NCBI RefSeq assembly: GCF_003918875.1
Contig: NW_025766903.1
Span: 372,001-436,000, forward strand
Source of the DNA: Haliotis rubra
Lineage: Eukaryota
DNA: 64,000 bases
Direction of reading: 5' to 3'
The notes beneath the pieces are model-generated. The model had not been told where the DNA came from. It ran no database searches and saw only the letters and a list, made by a program, of their open reading frames with translations. The translations under genes and the position numbers were made by a program. Positions 51,531 to 64,000 of the stretch are shown here, one piece after another. Numbering within the stretch: the stretch's first letter is position 1; each line of letters opens with the position of its first letter.

Positions 51531-53047
51531 TACTAGGCACATAAAGCAACTGTGCATACAAGAATTTAAAATCTAAATTTATCAAACCTGTGTAGACACA
51601 TAAGGATTTAAACTCAGAGATTGGTGACATGTTTCCAACATGCATGCACGTGCCACGTTCCGTGACGTCAGTGGGTTCGTCCTTGAGACGTGCAATACGT
51701 TGTTACACGTGCATTCCGTTAAAGAGAAACAGAGCAAATGAATGCCACACAATACTGTCACTTTGGAAAGCTCAACCCCTGCCCTGCCCTTGCGATCGTT
51801 CAAAAAATTAAACGGCTATTGAAACGCATAGCATGCCAAGGCTCACGTCTGCACAACGTCATGAAGCCATTTGGATGGTCAGTGGGGGAATGTCTCAACG
51901 ACAAGTGGCTGCACATTTCCACTGCCACCGGAACACCATTTCTGCACTGGTGAGACGCTACCAGAACACAAATGACGTCATCGATCGGCCACGTTCTGGA
52001 CGTCCACGTGTAACAACGCCAAGACAGGACAGATGGATAAGGGTGACCCATCTTCGCCACACGTTTCAGACTGCAGTGATGACTGCCCGAACCATCCTAG
52101 GACTTCGCCGTATCCACCCCAACACAGTCCGACAACGTTTACGTCATCACGGCATCAGACCACGACGTCCCGCCATACGACCTATCCTGACACAACGTCA
52201 TCGACAAGCTCGCCGAATGTGGTGCCGAAATCATGTCGGCAGACCCTTGTTTTGGTCGAGAAATGTTGTTTTCACAGATGAGTCCAGGTTTAACATTTCC
52301 CATAGTGATGGACGTCAACGTGCCTATAGACGCGTGGGAGAACGTTATGCAAAGGCCTGTGTCTTGGAGAGGAATCGCTTTGGTGGTGGTTCCGTGATGA
52401 TTTGGGGTGGAATAACAGCACGCCAAAGAACTCCTTTGGTGATTGCTCAGGGCAACTTAACTGGTGTGGGCTACAGGGATCAGATTCTTCGACCTGTGGC
52501 AATTCCTTTTCTGCAAGGTCATGGCCCTGGGTTAACATTCCAACAGGACAATGCCCGCCCTCATACGGCAAGGGTTGCTATGGATTTCTTGCAACACCAC
52601 AACGTTGACTTACTGCCTTGGCCTGCAAATTCACCGGATCTCTCCCCGATAGAGCATGTTTGGGACAAGATGGATCGACGTCTACGCCGTCTTCCTCATC
52701 CGCCAGATAACGTCCTTGACCTTGCAACAGATCTTGAGAGAATCTGGCGTGACATCCCACAAGCCTTCCTTGCACGTTTGATAGGCTCTATGCGTCGTCG
52801 ATGCACTGCTGTTCTCAATGCCGATGGTGGACATACCCATTATTGAGCTTGTGACATGGTCGTTTGACCCCTGTCCCGCTTGTGGACTCGTGACGTCATT
52901 GTGATTGACTTTTCAATTAAAATTCTCCCGACTTGTTATGGTCTTATGATCCCTCCATTAAAGTTTATATGTACCTTTGACATTGTTATCGTACTTATCA
53001 ACTGGGATAATATTTTGACAATACACAGTTTCTTTATGTGGCTAGTA
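51531..53047 (+). mobile_element. Intact Tc1 (DD34E) transposon
   Basis: 27-bp TIRs (3 mismatches), TA TSD at 51529-30 and 53048-49. Confidence 0.93.
51833..52846 (+). CDS. Tc1 transposase, 337 aa, uninterrupted
   Basis: Paired-like HTH, GRPR, FTDESRF, FQQDNARPH, SPDLSPIEHVW; 34 residues between second D and E. Confidence 0.95.
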   Translation: MPRLTSAQRHEAIWMVSGGMSQRQVAAHFHCHRNTISALVRRYQNTNDVIDRPRSGRPRVTTPRQDRWIRVTHLRHTFQTAVMTARTILGLRRIHPNTVRQRLRHHGIRPRRPAIRPILTQRHRQARRMWCRNHVGRPLFWSRNVVFTDESRFNISHSDGRQRAYRRVGERYAKACVLERNRFGGGSVMIWGGITARQRTPLVIAQGNLTGVGYRDQILRPVAIPFLQGHGPGLTFQQDNARPHTARVAMDFLQHHNVDLLPWPANSPDLSPIEHVWDKMDRRLRRLPHPPDNVLDLATDLERIWRDIPQAFLARLIGSMRRRCTAVLNADGGHTHY

Positions 53048-53949
53048 TAGATTGAAAACATGTTAACAAAAGGGCACAGTCATTTTATAAACACCACCTT
53101 GTAAGAACAAAATTTTGCATTTGGTTTTCAAAGGTGACGCTACTTTTGCGGTTGAGTATATAACACGTGGGATATTGTAACCCATTGACTATCGCTGATA
53201 CATTACAGCTTACAGCCGCATATGTTGCCGTGCACTAACACGAACCGCGAGCATGACATATTCTATCTTCTGTTTTGTTAATGTTTTATTGATTGTCAAG
53301 TTAACGCTCTTCTCCTGATATCTGACACTTCACAAAGTAAAGACCCACACTAAACGTGATGGTAAACCTGGTCAAGGAGAACATCTTGGTATCATCATAG
53401 TGATTCATAAACACATTATCACGTTATAGTCGAACATGTACAATCCACTAATTCTAGCGAGAATGGGGAGGGTTTTGTCACTTTATGTAAGGAACTCGCA
53501 GTGTGCAAATAGTCGAATTACTGCTTCTCATGGAAACTTTCGTTGATCAGTGACCAACAACATATCCTGACGAGGAGAATCTTATCGCTCCCCCGCTCTC
53601 TCACTCACTCACTCACGCACTCACTCCATTCAGCCAGTATTGGGAAGGATGGCTGGATGGCAGATATTTTTTAAATAGACCAGGGATGAATTGTAAACAG
53701 TCGGATGAGTTGTCCGACTTTGTGATTCCTGCTATAATATCAGGTCATGAGGGAGGTTTATTACACTTACTTGTTATAGATCAACTATATCATCGGGATA
53801 TTCTCTCCGCTCAAACCACCTGGACAACCCAATCTGTGTGTATGCCGTGTGATATATTCCTGACACAGTGGGGTGGACACACAAGCAAGTAGACTGAACT
53901 ACGTCTGTGTAGATCTTACCTCCAGGATAGCGAACAGGCACCTGGACAG

Positions 53950-54812
53950 ACAGCACACAGGCAGACGGTTGGGCAGACAGAAAGGTAGATTGGATCTTCC
54001 TTAGCAGACAGCGCACAGGCAGACAATTGGGCAGACAGAAAGGTAGGTGGATCTTCCTTAGCAGACAGCGCACAGGCAGACGGTTGGGCACACAGAAAGG
54101 TAGGTGGATCTTCCTTAGCAGACAGCGCACAGGCAGACGGTTGGGCACACAGAAAGGTAGGTGGATCTTCCTTAGCAGACAGCGCACAGGCAGACGGTTG
54201 GGCACACAGAAAGGTAGGTGGATCTTCCTTAGCAGACAGCGCACAGGCAGACGGTTGGGCACACAGAAAGGTAGGTGGATCTTCCTTAGCAGACAGCGTA
54301 CAGGCAGACGGTTGGGCAGACAGAAAGGTAGGTGGATCTTCCTTAGCAGACAGCGCGTACAGGCAGACGGTTGGGCAGACAGAAAGGTAGGTGGATCTTC
54401 CTTAGCAGACAGCGTACAGGCAGACGGTTGGGCAGACAGAAAGGTAGGTGGATCTTCCTTAGCAGACAGCGCACAGGCAGACGGTTGGGCAGACAGAAAG
54501 GTAGGTGGATCTTCCTTAGCAGACAGCGCACAGGCAGACGGTTGGGCAGACAGAAAGGTAGGTGGATCTTCCTTAGCAGACAGCGCACAGGCAGACGGTT
54601 GGGAACAACAGACAGAAAGGTAGGTGGATCTTCCTTAGCAGACAGCACATAGGCAATAAAATTGGCAGACAGAAAGGTAGGTGGATCTTCCTTAGCAGAC
54701 AGCACACAGGCAGACGGTTGGGCACACAGAAAGGTAGGTGGATCTTCCTTAGCAGACAGCGCACAGGCAGACGGCTTGGCAGACAGAAAGGTAGGTGGAT
54801 CTTCCTTAGCAG
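53950..54812. repeat. 63-bp minisatellite
   Basis: 21-aa periodicity in overlapping ORFs. Confidence 0.95.
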
Positions 54813-56416
54813 GGTCTTAAGCAGTGAGCCTACACACAGACAATTAGGCAGACAGAACGGTAGTTAACGACGGTAAGAAACGTTTTGTAGGTTGATTGTC
54901 ATTATTATTACAGGTTTCATCCTAATTTATGTGCAGCTGATATATTTGCATTTTACGGGACGTGAATAACTATTGCCCCATTCAGTAACCAGGATCTGCC
55001 CTACTTCAGCATGTAGTGAGAACCAATTCCGCCAGTCGTGAATAGTTGTTTCTACACACAAGGCAGTCGACAGGTTAGTATTTGATGATATATCAATATG
55101 ATCACTCATGCACTGTGCATCCGTATTGACGTTTGGAAATATACACCTCCCTGTCAGCAATAGAGAGTCGATGACGTTTCACAGTTTTTTGTAACTCCGC
55201 TTATATTCGTTTGTTGAAACTTTGAGGTGTTATCTCAAAAGAATTTTGTTTCGTCCTATTTTAGAATGCAATAAAGAGATTTGACCGTTATCACTAGTGA
55301 GTCAGTGTAGCCTCACTGGTTTAAGGGAACGATAGATCTATAGCTGCTAAAACATCAGCATTGAACGCCACCTTCCGGCGTTACGTGGCATGTCTACAAG
55401 CGCATTGACCGAGATCATCCGGGTGTTCCTACAGGATTACATGAAAGTTTGGCTGAATGCATCGTCAGCAATACCCCCGCTGGATGTGCTGTTTCTGTTT
55501 CTCGGCTACCCGGATGGGTTTCAGTCTGGCGTAGATGGTTCAGTGGCACACACTACACTTGTGTGGGGATTCCAATCCTCTTCTCTGGTTTACAGGAGTG
55601 CAAAAGCCTAATTCTAACACTTTTGCAGCATAAAATAGTTTTCCAGCGACATTTCTCGTTATGTTGTCGGTGCTTGGGAGTATTTTCTCGATATTTCAAT
55701 TATTTCTCGTTACAATATTATTTTCTTGTTGTTTCAAGTATGTTTTTCGTTACTTTGATTAATTTCTAGTTGCTTCCAGTTTCTTTCACAAAATTGAAAT
55801 TTCGACTATTTACACGTTGCTTTGGATTTTTTTCCGTTACGTCAATTATTTTTTTTACTTCGATTAATTTCTCGTTGCTTCGAGTAGTTTAAAAATACCC
55901 ATTAAAGTTCCAGTATTACAAAGAAACTTGAAGTAACGATAAAATATTTGAAATTAAACAAAATTTAAAGTTATTGAAAGAACGCAAAATATGCCATGCT
56001 ACAAAAGTAGCAGCATTATGTTTGCGTTGAGGAGAGCGCTTTAACCTTCCCTTTATAGGAATTTCTGCTCTGAAGCAGTACATGGTAGGTACAATGTCAC
56101 AAGGTGATGTGTTTGTACTGCACTGATCACAACATGGTTCACCGAGTAGGTTGAGGTTAGTTACACCGAAATACAAATCAGTTGATGGGGGACGCATTCA
56201 TACATCACATTCATCATCGTCATGCACATCACATGAACGGAACGTGACTGGACTAGGGTTAAACCATACAGTATTAGCGGAATGTTCTTCCGTGGTGATC
56301 AAACAACGCAAGCTAATATCTGAAAATATAATGATGTAAACATGCGTTTATGTCTCGAGTAGAAAAGTATTTCAAAGGGGACATCACTGGATATTCCACT
56401 GGAGTTGAATGAAACG

Positions 56417-56667
56417 GTTTGGTTTGGTGGTTGTTTAACTCCGAACTCAGCAATATTCCAGCTACATGTATATGGCCGCAGTCTGTAAATCGAGTCTGGT
56501 CCAGACAATCCAGTGGTCAAGACCATGAGCATCAATCTATGCAAATAGGATACGATGACATGTGTAAGCCCAGTCAGCGAGCCTGAACACCCGATCCCGT
56601 TAGTCGTCTCTTACGGCAAGCATGGGTTACTGAAAACCAATTCTAACCCGGATCTTCACGGGTCTTA
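56417..56667 (-). mobile_element. SINE-like element family B, best-preserved head
   Basis: TSD AATGAAACG; homologous to the 13120 and 47670 copies. Confidence 0.88.
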
Positions 56668-57279
56668 AATGAAACGAAACTACAGACAAACAATATATTC
56701 AGTGTCTTATCCGGCTAAAATTTGAAATCTTAATTGTGCTTGAAAAGTTAGAAAAGTAGGCAGCAAACAGCATAGGCGGAAGCTATTGGGATATTGATTG
56801 TCAGACAAATAGTGCTGACTATTGGAAAGAGCTCATTCTTGTCCTACTATCATCTGTATATAGATGGCTGTTGGATCTCTGGCGTTTTGCGTTGTTTTCA
56901 TATAGAAAAACGAATCTGTCTGAACTTCTTACCATTTTGCATGTTGAGAACATATAGAGAAACTTATCTGTGCCTGGTAATGTTACTTACATTTAAAGCA
57001 TTAATTCCTTTGTGTCCCAAGGTCAAGGAGGTGAACCAGAACCTCAAGAAGCTGATCAGGAGCGGGGCGTGTCCAGCTTACAGCAGATGAGAATAACTCC
57101 GGCCTGAAGTATATGTCACGGTACCCATCTTATAACTGGATATCCTAAACACTTCTACTGACATTGCTGATACGTTGGCGTTTGCTTTTCTGAGGCTTAC
57201 AGTAACTCCAGAATCGCGTGTGTGCTCGTCCAGAACCAGTGACGAACTTGTAGTCAGTGGATAGCCATAGGACGACCAG

Positions 57280-57380
57280 GGTCTCGTTCCACAAAGCGAT
57301 CGTAGCGCTAAGGTGACTCCCATACTTCAACATAGACTTACGACAGTCGTAGCGCTACGATCAGTTTGAAGAACGGGGCC
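57280..57380. mobile_element. About 100-bp palindromic MITE, Harbinger-like
   Basis: Imperfect TIRs GGTCTCGTTCCACAAAGCGATCGTAGCGCTA / TAGCGCTACGATCAGTTTGAAGAACGGGGCC; CAG on both flanks. Confidence 0.7.
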
Positions 57381-57464
57381 CAGGAAGCATTGGCAGTATG
57401 GTACATGCTCACCAATGAATGCATAGATTTGATTTCGGCGTTATTATGCGTGTCAGTAAAAATA

Positions 57465-58751
57465 TACTCTCAAAAAACAGAAACGCATTGGTGTATTTTC
57501 ACGAATTTAATCTGCTAACTTTAAAGGGAGATAACACGAGTAATTCTGGGTCCGGTGCAGCCAGATTTCACAGTATACAAGATGACAATAAGGTCTGTTA
57601 CCATGTACAGCGTAAACAACGTTTAAGAAATGAAGGCGTCCGCTCCCAGTTGGGCCTTGTCTTCAAGCTCTGTTGTGGCCACCATGAACCCCAAAACCTG
57701 CTCTGCACCATCTCAGTATGGACTCAACCTAGTGGAATTCTGGCCCATTCCGCTTGCAATGCCTTCGACCGTTGATCTTATGTCTGGGGCGCCGGTTAAC
57801 GTTCACATAGGTCGCCCCACAAATGCTCGATGGGATTGAGGTCGGGCGATTTGGAAGGCCATGTAATGTTCTCATCCTGAGGATACTGAAGAGAGGTATG
57901 TGCTTTGTGAGTTCTGGTGTTATCTGGCTGAAACAACTCCCTCTGGTGGTCAATCATCGGAAACATGTTAAGATTTCGTCACTGCACCGAATAGCAGTAA
58001 AATTGCCCTGAATGCGCACACAGTTAGGTTTCTGCGTGTATGATATTTCTCCCCACATCATGACACTACCTCAACCATATCGATCAACCCGGGCGACACA
58101 ATTCTTGGCAAAACGTTCATTTCTATGTCGAAAGATTCCAGAATGGAACGTTATTGCACCACTGGAACCATGTAGTCGTCGCAGCACAGGGCCAAAATAG
58201 ATTCTTCTGACTCGAAAACCACATTCCCGCAAACGATTACGAATGGTTTGAGCCAACACTCTCCTCAAACCAGGCACTGCACTTGCAGTTTCAGTTGCTG
58301 TGACAGTTGGATTCCGCAAATGATGTACCCGGATGTACTAATCCTCGGTAATGCGAGGTCTACCACTTCGAGGTCGATCTTGCGTCGAATTGGTTTCTGG
58401 ATATCGGTTCCATAAACGACTAATGGTGCTCTGGTGAACATTGAGATGACGGGAAAAGGTAGACTGAGACGCCCAGTGGGAATGTTTCGATCTACCACGG
58501 CGAGTAGCGGCATAACGATATTCATTTATTATAAAAAGAATTGTAATGACAACTATTTTCCATGAGATTTGACACTATCGAATGTAAACGCGCATTAAAG
58601 TTTCCGAAGATGCATTTTTGCTCTGCGCATTCGTTCCATGTAAACAAACCAGGACTATAATAGCGAAATCATACCAAACAAACACACATTTGGAAAATAG
58701 TTGAAATTCCATATATCAATATTACATATCCGTTTCTTTTTCGGGAGAGTA
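57465..58751 (-). mobile_element. Decayed Tc1-family element
   Basis: TIRs TACTCTCAAAAAACAGAAACG / CGTTTCTTTTTTCGGGAGAGTA, TA flanks; TIRNRLRECG, NERFAKNCV, WPSKSPDLNPIEHLW remnants. Confidence 0.85.
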
Positions 58752-58804
58752 TACCAGGTGCATATCTCTGTGTACCAGTGTGAGTCCTTGGTGGCATTGT
58801 GACT

Positions 58805-59956
58805 TGTGCCTGTGTGTCTCAGTGTGTGTCTGTGTGTCACAGTGCGTTTCAGTGTGTGCCTGTGTGTCTCGGTGTCTGTCTGTGTGTGTCTCAGTGTGTG
58901 CCTGTTTGTCTCAGTGTGTGTCTGCGTGTCTCAGTGTGTTCCTGTGTGTCTCAGTGTGTGTCTGCGTATCTCAGTGTGTGCCTGTGTGTCTCGGTGTGTG
59001 CCTGTGTGTCTCGGTGTGTGTCTGCGTATCTCAGTGTGTGCCTGTGTGTCTCGGTGTGTGCCTGTGTGTCTCAGTGTGTGTCTGCGTGTCTCAGTGTGGG
59101 CCTGTGTGTCTCAGTGTGTACCTGTTTGTCTCAGTGTGTGCCTGTGTGTCTCAGTGTGTTCCTTTGTGTCTCAGTGTGTGTCTCGGTGTGTGTCTGCGTA
59201 TCTCAGTGTGCCTGTGTGTCTCGGTGTGTGCCTGTGTGTCTCAGTGTGTGTCTGCGTGTCTCAGTGTGTTCCTGTGTGTCTCAGTGTGGGCCTGTGTGTC
59301 TCAGTGTGTGCCTGTTTGTCTCAGTGTGTGCCTGTTTGTCTCAGTGTGTGTCTGCGTGTCTCGGTGTGTGCCTGCGTGTCTCAGTGTGTGCCTGTTTGTC
59401 TCTGTGTGTGTCTGTGTGTCTCAGTGTGTGTCTGCGTGTCTCAGTGTGTGCCTGTTTGTCTCAGCGTGTGTCTGCGTATCTCAGTGTGTGCCTGTGTGTC
59501 TCGGTGTGTGCCTGTGTGTCTCGGTGTGTGTCTGCGTATCTCAGTGTGTGCCTGTGTGTCTCGGTGTGTGCCTGTGTGTCTCAGTGTGTGTCTGCGTGTC
59601 TCATTGTGGGCCTGTGTGTCTCAGTGTGTGCCTGTTTGTCTCAGTGTGTGCCTGTGTAACTCAGTGTGTGTCTGCGTGTCTCAGTGTGGGCCTGTGTGTC
59701 TCAGTGTGTGCCTGTTTGTCTCAGTGTGTGCCTGTGTGTCTCAGTGTGTGTCTCAGTGTGGGCCTGTGTGTCTCAGTGTGTGCCTGTTTGTCTCAGTGTG
59801 TTCCTTTGTGTCTCAGTGTGTGTCTCGGTGTGTGCCTGTGTGTCTCGGTGTGTGTCTGCGTGTCTCAGTGTGTTCCTGTGTGTCTCAGTGTGGGCCTGTG
59901 TGTCTCAGTGTGGGCCTGTGTGTCTCAGTGTGGGCCTGTGTGTCTCAGTGTGTGTC
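58805..59956. repeat. 20-bp TG-rich minisatellite (CCTGTGTGTCTCAGTGTGTG)
   Basis: Direct inspection. Confidence 0.96.
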
Positions 59957-61162
59957 TTTGCAAATGCTGATTTATCTTGATACGGTCTGATTACATGTTA
60001 GTTTTAGTCCATAACTCCGCGAAAAAGTCCATAAATTGCACCCATAAAGCACCCTGTTGGAGTGACGGACTGACGAGAGGTATTGGACGTTAAACATAAC
60101 CACTGAAAATGACAGGGATTATATATACATAATCCCTGGTTTTACATATTCATTTTAACATATAAACACTGGATTACAATTCAGAAGCCAGTAATGGCGA
60201 TGTTGTTTCACTGATATTCTTACCAAGCAAGATTTACTGAGTATCGGTATCAGCACTCACACAACGCACGAGTGATTCCTTTAGTCTTGGTTGAGAGGGA
60301 GTTGCAGTGTTGGGCTCTGCAGTTCTAACATCTTCGACATATCCGGATATTGAGGTCTGTGATTAACCTAGATTCATACCTGTTCGTACCAAACACACAG
60401 AGCCTTCAGATTGCTGTCACCCAGACCACACATACCTCAGTAAGACACAATAAGATTCAGGCTGCAGTGAGCTTCGTTTAGCTAATATTTGGGAAATTAG
60501 TCTATTTACATTGCACATCTGGAAAGCACATCTGAGAACTCAGTCACGTTGCATATCACGTACACGTCACATTGATATGGGCATCATTTTGTATGTGTTT
60601 CACGGAGCCACCAAATTCTAATCATGGGTCGGTCGGTCGGGGGAAAAAAAGAAAAAAGAAATTAATAAAGACTGTATTGACTCGTTGACTCATTGACTGT
60701 AATTCGTATTACAATTTTGGACTTGTGGCAGCAACTGATAAGATATACATTTTATATGACGAGACAGTACGTTTAAGGTTCGAGTCGGCGGTGTTGGAAT
60801 GAAGAAGTCTTTTGGGGTCCGGCAATAAAATTAGAAGGGTCGGTCGGTCGATTAGAAACACAAAAAATACGAATGCTGCCCTACATGTGAAACACGTGTG
60901 CCTCATTGTTAGGAGGTTAGATCTGTCCAGCATATCGTCAGAACACTAACTCAGAAAAGGTTGATCGTCTTGTATGCAGTTTAGAGGAAAGCAAATGGTC
61001 ATTCAGACATCACCAGTAATGGCAACATTCTTCTTTACATAATTACTTGAAATATGCATTTTGATATGTAATATAAAAGAGGGAAAACATTTGTTTGAAC
61101 GTGTTACTTATTATGAATTGTGTTTTCATTTTAACATCAAATCGGCGCCATAAAGAAGCAGT

Positions 61163-61528
61163 ATGGAGACGGCGTACAGCACCCAGACTGGAGAGACAAA
61201 GACCCTGGGGGTGGTGGACTTTGTTGTGTTTGCCAGCACACTTTCTGTCATGTTATTTATTGGACTATATTTTGCAATGAAAAGCAAGAAGGATCACGAT
61301 CCAGCTGAATATCTGGTGGCAGGAAGAAGTATGGGGGTACTTCCGGTATCCTTGTCCTTGGCTGTGACGTTCCTCTCGTCCATGACCTTGCTAGGACTTC
61401 CGGCAGAAATCTACAACTACACCACGATGTTCTGGTGGCTGGCTCTGGGGATGGTGCTGGCAGTGGCGGGAGCTGCCCACGTGTTCAACCCTGTGCTGTA
61501 CAACATCGGGATCACCAGCGTGTACGAG
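61163..61528 (+). CDS. SLC5 SMCT-like gene 2 (tandem paralog), coding exon 1
   Basis: 366 bp, same length as gene 1 exon 1; 83/122 identical residues by hand alignment; SVYE|gt. Confidence 0.95.
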
Positions 61529-61634
61529 GTAATGCATGACACATCCCTCCGTCTTTTTGTATATATAAATTGTTTTGCATAAAAAAGAACTAACCAAATA
61601 CGATCTAAATACCATTCTTGCCATTATATTTCAG

Positions 61635-61700
61635 TACATTGAAATGCGATTCGGAAGAACAGTGAGGTCATTTATCACCATCGGCTGGTTATGTCAAACT
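61635..61700 (+). CDS. SLC5 gene 2 exon 2 (gene continues beyond the window)
   Basis: ag|YIEMRFGRTVRSFITIGWLCQT|gtgagt, 66 bp. Confidence 0.92.
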
Positions 61701-62989
61701 GTGAGTTGTTTACGAGCCATAAATAGGACAATTAGAGTGTGTGTTTATTTATGAGCATGCGTGTCAACATGTATTTGTGATATTTAACTTTCAAAAGTTA
61801 CTCGATGATCAAGTATTTCCTGAGGTATGGAAGTTTCAATTCATGCATGAACATGTCTGCAAATACGGTCATAGCATTCATAAAAAAGGTGCTCGTGCAT
61901 ACGGCAATATACCATATGCTTCACAGCTTCATTGGCATGGGCGTCCCAAGTTAAGAAATATCGGGAAACGTACGCCAATCCGGTCATATTTCCTCCTGTA
62001 TTTACGTCTATTTCATTGGTGTACTATCCGGAATTTGGTCCCGTGAATGGACATTGCACTGCACCTGTTCAATCCTGCCCCTGTGAACTAAGGCATTAAA
62101 CACATCTGTGATCCAGTGTACACCCATAATCCTATCGCTGTTGAAATAATTACTCTGGAGAAGGGAAAACTCCAAATGAATGCTAATTGCAAACTATACT
62201 CCAGACACTATTGTCCGAACATGCACATTGGCAAGTGCAGCTGGGTGGTGCTACTCCTTGCACCAGAAGGCAATATGATAATGACCAGGGAATGAGGATA
62301 ACCACAGGTGATGTTGCAAAACCGCATAAAGGTGTTACATAATGAATTGTTGCATAATGTGTGAATAAGGATCCCTGTACAATATTGTACATTTTAGCAT
62401 TGTCACAATGAGTTTTAATGTTTCTGCACAGTATTGCACTATGAACCACAGAGGTTTGAACAAGTTGTCATGAAAACCATAAACATGATGCATTTTTTAT
62501 CTAAACATACTTTAATTCTATAGATGAATCGGGATTGGTGAGCTGTTACAGTTTATGTTATGTTATGTTATGCTTGCATATAACATATTATATATATGGC
62601 AGAAACTCTAAGGTCAGAACATAATACACAGTATTAAACTTGGTAATATACGCATGTTGAACAGAAACACAGAATCATGGTGGCCACCAATCTATCAAAG
62701 GAACACTTATATTAGTAATTGTTCAACTATAGTTTGATGTATCTGAAAAGGTAATGGAACTGAGGATGTAAGACTCTTTGTAATTATTTGAGCATTCCAT
62801 GAAGTAATTGTTCAGTTAGGAAAGACCTGGAATAAGCAGCAGTATACGCATCCAGTATGCAACTGATGAGCTTCACCTTTGAACACCTACATGGCTACAT
62901 AGGTGTGCATATTGCAATGTATGTGGGTAAAAAGCGTTAGGGAGGTAAGATATTGATGGGAGCGATGATGTAAATATCGATATGCGTGA

Positions 62990-64000
62990 ATTTAGTGAAT
63001 GTGACGCATTAGATAATCCAATTAAAGAAAGGGAAATAGTATCATGCTTGATGGTTTAGGGGTTAAAATGATTAAACGTAATATATGCAACAAGTGTTTT
63101 GATATAACTGACAATATGTATCAACAAATTATATGCTAAGCAAGGTAATTCTACTTCACCACTCTTCTACTGTAATACTGGCGTTAGACAGGGAGAAAAT
63201 GTATCCCCTTTCGTATTTGCTCTCTATCTTTATGATCTTGAAGGCTTTTTATGAGAACATATGTAAATGGACTTTATATTGTAAATTGTTTTGTTGAAAA
63301 AACGTTGGCATGTATATAAATGTATTGACACTATTGTATGCAGATGACACTGTTTTGGTTTTAGAAAGTGCTGAATATTTACAGTTAAGCTAGTAAATAT
63401 TGTACATTAGTTAACTAAGACAAAACCCAAATTGTAATCTTTTCAAAAGGCTAATAGTATGTAAAAACAAATATAGGTTGTCCAAGAATATTTATACTTG
63501 GGATTTTTATAACGGAAATGGTAAGTTTGCTGAAGCTATATAGTAAGAGACTGGCAGAAAAAATAACAAGGGCGATGTTTTTTAGAACATTTAGGGAACT
63601 TGAAATCCCAACTGACTGAAAATGTTTGATCAATGCGTTTTACCAATATTATTATGTGGGACAGAAGTTTGGGGATATGAAAATGCAACTTAAGGACACA
63701 TTTGATTTTTTCTTGGTATATACTTAAAGTAAGACGATCTACTCCACATTTATTGGTTTATGGGTAGCTCGGTAGATATCCTATTGAAGTAATGATAACA
63801 TTAATAAGTTACTGGTGTAAAGTCACTACATCAACAAATAAGTTACCTCATATAGTGTATAATGTAATGAATATCGACTTGTTTGGGTATGCAATTGGAT
63901 CTTTTAAATGTAGTGAAAAGTATACTTCAATATTTTGGGCTATCATATATATGGCAGCCCCACAGTTTTCCTTCCACATCCTGGCGGAAGAAAAACATGT
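62990..64000 (+). mobile_element. Decayed LINE RT fragment in gene 2 intron
   Basis: GVRQGENVSP, LLYADD, GTEVWGYE, GRYPIE across broken frames. Confidence 0.8.

Larger units (their letters stand above)
50455..53158 (-). mobile_element. Old decayed Tc1-family element, split by a younger Tc1
   Basis: TIRs TACTGAACCACAAAAGTAACGTCAC / GTGACGCTACTTTTGCGGTTGAGTA with TA flanks; remnant LQWPALS..SPTENL on the minus strand. Confidence 0.8.

Noticed and set aside
53774-54764. Repetitive ORFs on both strands (similarly 36035-36680, 25695-26061, 11699-11989)
   Set aside because: Minisatellite translations
58780-59990. Long Cys/Val-rich ORFs in three frames
   Set aside because: Artefact of a stop-free TG-rich 20-bp repeat
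60600-60885. Possible MITE with paired GGGTCGGTCGGTCG motifs
   Set aside because: Termini and TSD could not be defined

Overview
Repeat-rich animal genomic DNA with spliceosomal introns; a mollusc host is my inference from the repeat types. The main gene is a complete + strand SLC5 sodium/solute symporter of the SMCT/SLC5A8-NIS-SMVT group (15 coding exons, 24763-43550, about 583 aa). It is followed by the first two coding exons of a tandem paralog (61163-61700). A previously unflagged, decayed, multi-exon minus-strand gene made of repeated Cys-containing domains appears to lie at about 12.4-19.5 kb. Mobile elements: a nearly intact APE-RT LINE (about 3.9-8.86 kb), several decayed LINEs, four Tc1-type elements (one intact DD34E copy nested in an older one), MITEs, a Penelope-like remnant, two SINE families, and an intron-containing Crypton-type tyrosine-recombinase element in SLC5 intron 12. 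About a fifth of the window is mini/microsatellite. The two most unusual signals are (1) three long hairpins punctuating the Crypton region, whose mismatches are systematically tandem G.A pairs that would be stable on only one DNA strand, and (2) a SINE family with no tRNA head whose 5' end can fold into a pseudoknotted, ribozyme-like module.
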